DNA from: Utricularia gibba
Taxonomy: Eukaryota > Plantae > Magnoliophyta
DNA: 64,000 nucleotides
NCBI GenBank assembly: GCA_002189035.1
Contig: CM007991.1
Coordinates: 992,001-1,056,000 of the forward strand
Reading direction: 5' to 3'
A program made the translations under genes and the position numbers. Below, one piece after another: positions 1-10,519 of this stretch; position 1 is the stretch's first letter; every line of letters begins with the position of its first letter. The notes beneath the pieces are model-generated. The model was not told the DNA's origin and ran no database searches. It saw nothing but the letters and a program-made list of their open reading frames with translations.

Positions 1-90
1 CCAGGTATCGATAATCCGTAGCAGCGTGCTGTAATTCTCATTTGGGTTTCAGAAAAATCCGAGAGAAGGATCTGACGAAGGTTTCGGGAG

Positions 91-1048
91 ATGGTTCTTA
101 GGTTCGTTCCGGATCATGTTATTCTCGGTTATGATGTTGATTCGGGCTCTCGATTCCATGGTTTCTAGGGATGTGATTTTCATTGATTCATTTTAGTCGG
201 TGTAAATGAAGTTCTTTGGTTTTGGGATTGTGAGATAGGGAATTAATGGAGTTCGTGATTCTTAGGACGGAGCTTTGCCGCTTCAGTGGCGCCAAGATAT
301 ATCCTGGAAAGAGCATAAGATTTATACGTGCAGATCTCTCAGGTGGGCTGCAATGTGACGGCTGAAATTATTGATTTTTCGTGCAAAACTCCATTTCCTT
401 TACCCGTTGGTGACTGATTTTATTCGGGGTCATGTAGGTTTTCCTGTTTGCGAACTCGAAATGCAAAAAGTATTTTCACAACAGTTTGAGACCTGCCAAC
501 CTGCCGTGGACAGCTATGTACCGAAAAAAACACAAGAAGGCAAAATCCTTGTGTTCTCGTTTTTTTTTTTTTTTTTGACTCGTGTCAGAGATAGTGAATA
601 AACTGGCTGAGTGTCATGGGGACTTTTCTAAATGACCGGTCATGAATCTGTGAACTGATACGTAGGATATTGCTGCTGAAGCGGTTAAGAAGAGGCGTAG
701 AACTACCAAAAAGCCGTGTTCCAGGTCCATTGTTGGTGCCACCTTGGAAGTTATCCAGAAGCGAAGAGCTGAGAAGCCTGAGGTCCGTGATGCTGCTCGA
801 GAAGCTGCCCCCCGGTATCTCCTGATATTCTGATCGCTGGAAGTATTTGCTCGTGAACCCCCTTACATGGTCTTGTGACTGTTTTCTGTCTCATTGAAAT
901 CAAGGAGAGGATCAAGAAAACTAAAGACGAGAAGAAACCCAAGAAGGCTGAACTGATCTCCAAGCAGAAGATCACCAAGAGCAACGTCCCTAAAGGTGCA
1001 GCCCCAAAGGGCGGGCCAAAGCTTGGAGGTGGCGGTGGTAAACATTCA
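91..1048 (+). pseudogene. RPL24: 60S ribosomal protein L24 paralog, disabled
   Basis: Exons 91-101, 266-342, ~438-539, ~666-814 and 895-1048 read [18 protein letters not shown]..., [15 protein letters not shown]..., [16 protein letters not shown]..., [14 protein letters not shown]...GGGGGK. Compared with the intact copy at 46736-47854: exon 2 is 77 nt instead of 76 (+1 frameshift), the exon 3 donor is GC (540-541), the last acceptor is AT not AG (893-894), and the stop TGA is TCA (1046-1048). Confidence 0.9.
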
Positions 1049-1446
1049 TTTTTTTCTGCTCTCATTTGCTCTTTCATTCCTGGTTTCTGCTCTCATTTCC
1101 CACGTAGTACTTCTTCCTCTCCTCGTGTGCTGATGATGTCGGGATTGAGCCGCATGATTCTCGTGCGCATTTAAATATATTATTTGTAAACATTTGTATT
1201 CATACAATTATAGAAATAATATTACAGAATTGTAGGGTGGGAGTTGGCCAGAAATTTTGATATTTAGTTTAAATTATTTTTAAAATAAAAAACCTGTAAT
1301 ATGTATTTGCTAAATAATTTCAAAATCTAACATTTAATAATCAATTAATTGATTTTAGAGTTCAAAAATAATATAATTAAGACAAGGTGGATGTGGTCGG
1401 TTATATAACGGGTGGCCGTAGACTGCCTCCAGACACTGGAGCCCCA

Positions 1447-3204
1447 ATGGAGATTGTCACCGTCTTTCTCTTGCTCCTGGTTCCCCTGATCCTACTCCGG
1501 ATTCTCAAACCCCGAGCCGCCCCGGAAACTCCTCCGGGACCGGCGGCGCTTCCGCTCATCGGAAACCTCCACCAGATCGGTGACTACCCACATATGAAGT
1601 TCTGGGAAATGTCTAAAAAGTACGGTCCCCTTGTGTACCTCAAGATCGGCTCTAGGCCAGTGGTCGTAGCCAATTCTGCAGCGATGGCGGAAGTGATCTT
1701 GAAGCATCAGGATTTGGTTTTCTGCAGCCGTACACCTTTTCTCGCTTTCATGAAGCTTTCGTACGGCGGATTGGACTTGGCGTTCTCCCCTTATGACGAG
1801 GGCTGGAGAGAAATGAGGAAGGTCTGTATGACGCATTTGTTGAGCGCCGTCAGAGTTCGATCCTTCCGCCATATCCGCCAAGGTACCCTTCGCGCTGTGT
1901 GCTCTGTTTCTTACAGTATGAATTGGGGGGAAAACTTCACTTGGTCCAACAATTGGATTACTGAACAAAACCAATGTTATACATCCTCATTCATTCTTCA
2001 AGATTTTGTCTTTCAACAGGTGAAGTCTCCGCCATGGTGGAGAGAATTTCCGGCCACGCTACGAAATCGGAGAAGGCGAACTTGACGGAGATCATCACGT
2101 TCATGACCAGCACTGTCATTTCTAGGACAGCATTCGGGAAGAGATACGAGCAGGACAGCGGAGAGCGCCGGCAATTTAACGAAATCATACGCGAGTTTCA
2201 GACTGCAATAGCTGGGTTCCATTTCGTAGATTACTTCCCATGGCTAGCTTGGGTTGATCGGATCACGGGCAGGCTTCATAAATTGGATGAAATATTCAAC
2301 AAATGGGATGCTTTCTATCAGCAGCTGATCGACGAGCATCGCCGGGAAGATCGGCCGAGCTCGATGAACGGCGACGTCGTCGATATCATGCTGAAGTTGA
2401 AGGATGAAAATGCGACCCCTTTTGAGCTGACCATCGACCGCATCAAAGGAGTTTTGGTGGTCGGTAATCAGCTAATCGCTTTTCATCAACAAAATTTTAA
2501 AACCGAAACCAGTTTTCGGTTTCTTATGATTTTTTAGTTTAAATTTCGAATCTTGATCCCTGTTGCAGGACGTGTACTTTGCATCAACTGATACGATAGC
2601 AACTACTCTGGTATGGGCAATGACGGCCTTGCTCAAGAACCCAGCCGTCATGAAGAAGGCACAGTTGGAGCTCCGGTCTATCGGAGCGAAGCAAATGATC
2701 AGCGAAGAAGATCTGATCGCCACGGAACTACCATACTTGCGTTCCATCATACGAGAAACTCTTCGAATGTACCCAACTATACCTTTACTCGTCCCCCGGG
2801 AAACCATCTCAAGAACCACCATTAACGGGTACGAGATTCCGGCCAAGACGACGGTCCATGTTAACTCGTGGGGGATCGGTAGAGATGAAGAAATATGGGA
2901 GAATCCAAATCAGTTCTGCCCGGAGAGATTCATGGAAAACTTGAAAAAGTACAGTTTGGACTTAAACGGGAAGAACTTTGAATTCATCCCATTTGGCGGC
3001 GGCCGGAGAGGCTGCCCAGGGGCTACGATGGCCGTGGCGATGGTGGAACTCGCGTTGGCGAACCTCATCTACCATTTCGATTGGGAACTTCCTGCGGACG
3101 CAGACAGAGAAAACCTCGACTGCGACATCACCATGGGATTGTCATTTCACAAGACCAACCCCCTCATCTGCTTCCCCTCCTTGCACAACTCGGCGGCCAC
3201 CTGA
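1447..3204 (+). CDS. Cytochrome P450, CYP71 clan (CYP71AT/CYP83-like), 503 aa
   Basis: Exons 1447-1882, 2020-2459 and 2569-3204 join in frame (1512 nt). N-terminal membrane anchor, PPGP hinge, LPLIGNLHQ, KLSYGGLDLAFSPY, I-helix ASTDT, ETLR (ExxR), PERF and heme motif FGGGRRGCPG. TATA-like TATATAA at 1402-1408. The subfamily call is from memory of motifs. Confidence 0.93.
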
Positions 3205-3584
3205 GAACCCCATGAGAACTCGACATGGGCATCCCTGGTGATCACAGCATGTTTGCTTCTCTACTCAAGGAAGAAAATGAACACCTTGTAGCTATGGCCA
3301 TTCAGACGATAATCCACAATTTCTGTACCACGTTTCATTACAATGATGTGCCCCATAAACATAGCAATAAGCACAAGGGCAATGCCTAAATGAATGCTGT
3401 CAACTAACTGATTTTGCTGATGAACCAAATTATCTGGGTGTGCCTGCACCTGCAGCATGTCATGATCTTCTCGCTCTGGATGTCTGGTTTTGACGCTCTC
3501 TCTGAGTATCAAGATCCATCTACTGAGGAGCAGCGAGGATGGTTAGCATTTCAGATGAAAATGGCCACATTAAGAGGAAATGAT

Positions 3585-6500
3585 TCAGACAATGGCATTG
3601 AAAGGATCTACAGTGATGTTAAGAAATGATTTGATGGAGAGCATTTCGTGACGTTGCTTAACAAAACTCAAATGATATGTTCAACAACACATCTTTTATC
3701 TTCCCAAACTGTCACCTCCAGACAATGGCATATGTGAGCTATGCATGAAAAAGCTGGTTGAGAATACAATAAAACTCACCTTCCTCACAGAGCCTATCGA
3801 AGCGAGTGACTATGTGCTTCCCATATGTGTACTTCTTCAAAGTTGGAAGATGGCTTCTGATCATGGTACGCAACAACTCCCCCTGCTCAGTTGAACACTT
3901 TTCAAGAATCCTCTGAACTACGTAGTTAGCAAACTTGTCCTTCATCATAATCTGAAGCATATAATGGAAAATGATGAATGGAACACACCATCAAGTAGCA
4001 AACAGCTAATTGATTTTTAAGAATTAGCATCACATTGGAGATCTAGAATCATGTACCAATAAATTATCGTTCTGAGCACCGTGGCCGATAATATTTTGTA
4101 TCAGCAGTTCACTAGTTGCAGCATCACTGTATTCTATGCACCTTTCAATGACATTTGAAGCAAATTTATGCTGGCTCAGCTGTACAATAGAACCTGCTAA
4201 TCTTTCAACAATTACTTTTCTTTCAAGTGGCTTCCCCTTCACCAATACCTGCTGTTGATTAGCAAAGGGAATATTAGAGCAACAAAGTCAAGGCAACGCT
4301 TCCTGATTGTGCCTCACATATTCTTCTAAACGGAGTAAGAAAATCTACCTGTGCCACATAATTTCCATACTGATCTTGAGCAAGTGTGTAGACTGAATCC
4401 AATATCTCATCCACAATGAACTGAGTTTCCTTATCATTGCTACAACGTTCCAGGATCCTCTATTGAACCAAATAATCATGTATGTGGTTGTTACCAACAA
4501 AAAGAATCAAAGAAATAAAGACCTTGTAGGACTTGGGACACAAGAGAGGTAAAATACCTGTATGACCCGGCAGCCATAAGGATGCATTGAAAGATCCTTA
4601 ACGTGCCCACGAAACGAAGAAATGACAAATTGTATATTTTCTGTGGGTATACACTCAATGCATTTTTGAATGACATGGTTCCCATTTTGATCATAGACAC
4701 ATCTCATAACATGACCTTCCAGTTCCCTTACAAGCTTGGTTTTCTCTTCTAAATCAATGACGTCTAAAACCTGCAGCAAATGGAAAACACAGAAGAAAAG
4801 TTCACGACTTTATCGTACAATGATATAAACTTAGTTCACACTAACAAGCATGCAATTAAATCTTAGAAAGTTGGAGAAAGAATAAAAAGTATTTGTGCAC
4901 GAAAGAGAAAGTTCTCCATGGTTCATTTTTCTGATATATTTACCTTTTGAATCACACGGCATCCGTACATCTGCAAACTCAAAGTAAGTATTTCCCCTTC
5001 CAGTTGATTCGTAAGATATTTTCTCTGATGTGGGCTTCCATATTCGAAAAGCTACAGGACAAGGTGAATGGTATTGGCAGAAGGATCGCAAACAAAATTT
5101 AACTAGAGATTAAAAAAAAGTATTCAAGATGTAACCCAAAAAAGATATGTTGCCAAACCTTTTGAATAACGTAGTTCCCAAAAACATCAGTTATCAATTT
5201 GGAAGCATGCGGAATGACCTCCTTCAGAACAGATTCTTTCTCTTCGATGCTGCAAGTTTCCAACTTCTGCTGGATAAATCTACTACCATGTTGATCAACG
5301 CTGAAATAAAAAAAAATGAGAAAAACAAGATGCAAAAAGTAATGCTTATAAATGAAAGAATAGGGTGTGCAGAAGCTTACCTGAACTCAACAATATGCCC
5401 AGCTATATCAGGCAGCTCAAATCTTTGACCTTTACTTGATTTCAACTCTTCGAGAAAACAGTATGCGTTCGAACCATCCCAGACCTGAATTTGCTCATTA
5501 GTTTTATTCCGGATACCATCAGAAAAGTGACATTGGTTAATGCCATGTCTCACTCCAGCCAAAGGTTTCACAAATCCAGTAGGATTCTGCCCTCTAGAAT
5601 CAGTATCTTTTTGGCTTCCTGAGTTATAATGACTAGGAGCATTCCTCCTCCTCTGACTTGCATTGCTATAGCTGGTGTCACCTAACTGAGAAGATTTACC
5701 AACTAACTCTGATGGTCTTCTTGCATTGAATGAATTTATCTGATTTACATCAGCACTGTCACTCGACGTTTGATGACCATAATGACAATAATAACCATAT
5801 GGATGTTGAAAAGCAGGTTGGAAATAATGCATTCTAGGATGAGCGTTCGGGTGAATGCCCACTTGCCCACTGTATTTAGGAAGATTTGCACCATTTGGAA
5901 CTCCTGAATTCAGAAACGAAGTACCACCTAAAGCAAACGGGGAAACAGCTTGGTGAGGATATCCGGAGGGTATAAAGCAGTATTGAGATGATATCCACCC
6001 ATGTGTGGTGGAGCAACATAGCCAGCAGACTGCATATATGGATAAAAGTTAGGTGAAGCCATGTACACAGCTGCATTAGCATACAGTGGAGGTGCGTATC
6101 CAGATGCATGAAGTATCGGTTGAATATTAGTCACTGGAACCCCAGAAGAAGCATTATGCAATTGGCTGGAAATACCATATGCACTTGTTATGCCTGGATG
6201 GCCATATGTACCCTGACCCTCAGATGGGTAGGTTTGTTGACGTCCAACCCCATGCTGCAGCATCTTGTTTTGGGGCGAAGATTGCTCTTCCTTGCAAGGA
6301 TAGTGGGATTCGGAATTGGACACAAAAGGCCAAGCTGCTACATCCTTAGAGCCATCAATAGATGAGATTTGACTCATATTATCAGAGCAGGGGGTATCTG
6401 TGCCAACAGAGATATTGTGAGCATGGGAATCAGCATCAAAAACGAATGCTCCTTGTCTGGATTTAAAGTTGTGGGGATTATTCTGATCATGTGAAGGAGG

Positions 6501-7034
6501 TACACAGCAGCAAGAATCCTCCTGCAAACGGATATTAAGACAAAGGACTTTATTTTGAATTATAACACAGGCTAGGCGAAAAGAACTTATCTTCATAAGA
6601 GGCAGATATTACCTTCAACACAGTAGCCTTTTCCACATTCACGGAACCACTCTTGACAGAAGACCTATCATCTTCCGACTCCTCATCATGAACAGGGAGA
6701 CTTCTCGTAGGGAACCGGTAAGAGTCACTGGTATTAGAATGCAGTTCATTCCCAAGACTTGGGGGTGCACTTTCACATACTTCATCATGATTCAAACCTG
6801 ATCCTTGGAAAGAAGGAGCATTTCTCAATGTTCTCAATGCAGCCGTGGAACCTTCCATGCTTGGGGTGCACTTTCACTCCGAGATGGCATAACCTCCTTT
6901 TCAGGACTTCGAAGAAGAAGACCAATTTCTTCAAGCAGTAATTTTCCTGATGAGGATTTATACCTGGTAGATTTCTTTGGGAGCGGCCATCTCTCTGTGC
7001 TTTCAATCATCCTGATGGGGCATTCTGTTGCCAT
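3585..7034 (-). CDS. Pumilio/PUF RNA-binding protein, APUM5/6-like; apparent -1 frameshift near the N-terminus
   Basis: Starts MATECPIRM at 7034 with an RSESAP(P)SMEGS motif. Eight PUF repeats over several exons: [76 protein letters not shown]. Inferred last exon DPFNAIV* ends at 3585. The frame breaks at a G4 run (6863-6866). Confidence 0.9.
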
Positions 7035-8319
7035 TGAAGAAGAGCTAATCCTATATAATCTTGAACGAAATGAATCAAGAAAATCCTGCATAAAGCGGCA
7101 ACATTTTCAATCCACTCAACTATTCAGCAAGTTAAGATTCACAAAAGATTTCAATCGTTTTGACATGCGTTTCATGAAGAATGGTCTAATCTATAAATCA
7201 AGCGAACACTAGCAACACAAAAAAGAATTCACATAATTTAAAGTCAAAAGACGATTGGACTTCACGTGCTTTCAGAATTTCCCATCTTTGGTTCGTGCAA
7301 GAGTCACCCTTCCCGAAACTTCATAGAAACATTATCCAATAACCCATCAACAAGAAACCCCACAAAAATCCGGTTTCTACAGATACCTTCTTCTTACAAC
7401 AATCAAAAATCAACTGAAATCGAAAATTGAAAAAAGTATCCAAGAACTCCTAATCACCATCAGAAAGTAGAAAAAAAAGAAGGGGGACGAAACCAAGTCC
7501 ACAGCTTTAACCCTGCAGTCAACTCGGAAAAGACTTCAACTTTCAAATTTCCCAAAAATTCAGACCAACAAACAATGAACTTGGCCGATTACCTTCGTCA
7601 GGGAAAAGTCCCAGGGGGATAAGAGAATGGGTTCTTGAAGAACTTTATCCCGCAATACACAGAAAGAATCATCAAGTGCCGCAAGGGAATCTCATCTCTG
7701 ATTCCCACTGCCACGTTAGCAGTATCAGAAAGAAAACCCTTGTTTCTTTCCAAGGGTGGGGATGAAATGATGAAAAAAAAAGAAAAAAGAACTTGGAGAA
7801 ACAACCATAAAGGAGTTAGTAGCGCTTGATGCTGGGGTGGCGTGTGGGGAGGAAAGCAGACGAAAACGAGGCGAGGTGGGGTTCTTTCTTTTCTCGACAA
7901 ACACAAAGAAAGCTACTAGAGGCCAAACTTCTGCGGGCCATAATTCCAGAAATTATCTCAAGATTCATCATACAATGACCACAATATCTAATCTTTGCCT
8001 GCGGTTTTTCCGCAGACTGCAACAACCTCCACCATGTCAAACCCCAATTTCTTCGACGATTTGCGGTGAACATACACACGGATGATGCTCGGTATCTACC
8101 CCAAAATACGTCAACGTCAGCATCGGGACACGTTGAAATATGTGAGACAATAATGCAAATACCCTAACCGCGCAATCCCAAATCCCAATCATATTCGACT
8201 GCAGGCGCAGTCGACGAACCGCATCTTCCACCCGCATCACCCCAAAAGATTCAAGATTCCAGTTCCTAGATTCTCTTAACGAGAATGTTTATTTTTTTAA
8301 GAAGAGTATAAATAAATAA

Positions 8320-8326
<7 letters not shown>

Positions 8327-8400
<74 letters not shown>
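8327..8400. repeat. (TA)37 microsatellite
   Basis: Uninterrupted TA dinucleotide run. Confidence 0.98.
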
Positions 8401-8404
<4 letters not shown>

Positions 8405-9697
8405 TATATTTTTCACAATAGAATTACGCATTTTTCGTATTTCTTTAATATGATAAAATGATTATAATCAATATATTCCTTAAAAAATAATTTTTAATTA
8501 ATTCTCTTAGATTTGTATTTTTCTATTTATTTGCCAGAGCGGTCATTCCCATTTCCCATGTTGGGCCTCTTCCTCAATATCATCTGGACCGCAGAGTCTC
8601 TCCAGGCCCAAATGCGTATAATAATTTTCCTTTTTAAGAAAATATAAATATATTCGCCATTTCAAATATAATCAACTTAATATTACAGAAGCATATGTCA
8701 AATTTTTATACAATTTAATTACTTAATAGTAAAAATTGTTCAAAATATATGAAAATAAATCATCTATAAAACACAGATCAATTTTTAATAAAATTACTTT
8801 TAATCGCATTTATAAAAATAATGGGATCCGATAAATTGAATTGAAACCCAAATTCAATCTCGAATTTTAAAATAAAATTATTATAACATGAGGTACATCG
8901 TGGACTTTTTTATCAGTAAAAAAAAAGGTACTCGATTAAATAACATTTTGTACGGTCGACTATTTATATATGCCTTTTTAATTTTTTTTTCAAAAATCGC
9001 ATTGTTCAACTCGTTGACCATCCCATTTTACCAAAAAAAAAATCATTTTCAAAGTTTATTAAATAGTAACTACAAGTTTATCCAAAAAGAAACTAGCAAA
9101 CAAGTCCACTTTATTAATTTGTAATAAAAAAACATCTATAATTTGATCTAAACTTGAGGTAAATTATGTCAATTTTATAAGACTTACTCAATGTTCGAAA
9201 TTAAAAAAATTTCGGATTTCGAATTTGTTCCAAATCGAAATTTCGATCAAATTTCCTAAAATTTCTTCAAAATTTCAAGCATCGCTATTAAGACATGCAT
9301 ATTTTGTTTGAATCATACCCATGTTAAATTCTTTGCAAATTTTATTTTAATTGAACTTAACAACAAAATTTAACGAAAACGACGATTCAATTGAAGCTAT
9401 CCACAACAATGTATTCTCATAATGAATACATAAATGATAACATTTTTTGTTTGTATTCCCTACTTTTTGCCTTTATTGTGCATCTCCCTACATTCTTTTT
9501 GTATTGGCTATAGCACGGCACCCTTGAATGTCCACCGTTCAAAAATATTGGGCATGTGACAGTGGATGTTGTGCAATGTCACGAAAAGATGCTTCTAGTA
9601 ACTTCATTGTTGTAGGCCTCATCCCCCAAGGCATCGAACTCTGAATATTATAGTCTAATTGAAGGGGATAAATGACAAAATATTTACGAGAACGTTG

Positions 9698-9730
9698 TGA
9701 TACCAAATTGTAAGGACCCGACCCGAAACC
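9698..9730 (-). mobile_element. Remnant LTR-retrotransposon 5' LTR/PBS junction (Ty3/gypsy-like)
   Basis: The minus strand reads GGGTCGGGTCCTTACA-ATT-TGGTATCA: an LTR-type ...TTACA end, a 3-nt spacer, then the first 8 nt of the tRNA-iMet primer-binding site. No gag/pol sequence or second LTR recognised. Confidence 0.5.
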
Positions 9731-10519
9731 TCCCCAAAAATGGTAAAAGTCAACTATTGAGTAGAGGGGGTAATTCACAAAATTGGTCATATCGCTTTAT
9801 ATTTCATGCATTTAGGTAACAAAAATTAAACATAGGTTGCTCTCATAATTCAGACAATATCTGACATATCCTCAATTTTCTAATTCATGTTGAGTAGAGG
9901 ACATTGTTTATTCAATGAATGTTATTTTATGAACCTATTCTACGATTTGCTTATAATTTTGGGTTTAATACTTTTTTATTATATATTTCATTAAATTTAA
10001 ATAAGGCGGATCATTTTTTAAAATGGTCATTTCCCATTATATTTCATACATGAAAAATAATTTTACAGTCATTTTTATCATATAGTGATCAATTTTGTGA
10101 TTAAACGGTGGGAGCTGACACACAAAAAGGAAAGTTGTAAAGCGTTGGGGTATATGGAATCCGACGAGCTGCGATCGGCCCCCCTCCCCGTTCGTGCATT
10201 TCACATGCACACTCCGACGTGGAATGCACACACCCACATATGTTTATTTACGCAAAAAAAAAAAATTAAACATCCGGTTGGAGTAAGGAAAATGGCACCG
10301 GAAATGCTTTTTTTTTTTATGTGCACGAATTAAATAAATGGTAAAGCCGTCATCTTCCTCGTCCCCAGTCTATAAATGTGGCCTCTCAGGAGGAATCTAA
10401 TTTACTCCTCCGACATTTCTCTGAATCGTTTAGGTGTTTTTCTTCAGCTTTGATGCCCAGCCAGCCTCGGACTCTCGGGAGCAGGGTTCTGCGTTTGATT
10501 TCTGTCGGGGCGATCGGAG

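Noticed and set aside
3416-3506. TGATGA...CTGA pair suggesting a C/D snoRNA
   Set aside because: Imperfect C box, no terminal stem and no recognisable rRNA antisense element; it lies in the CYP/PUM 3' UTR zone.
8161-8169. ACCCTAACC resembling a telomerase-RNA template
   Set aside because: No USE (TCCCACATCG) plus TATA Pol III promoter upstream, and too short a distance to the next T-run; telo-box-like words are common in promoters.
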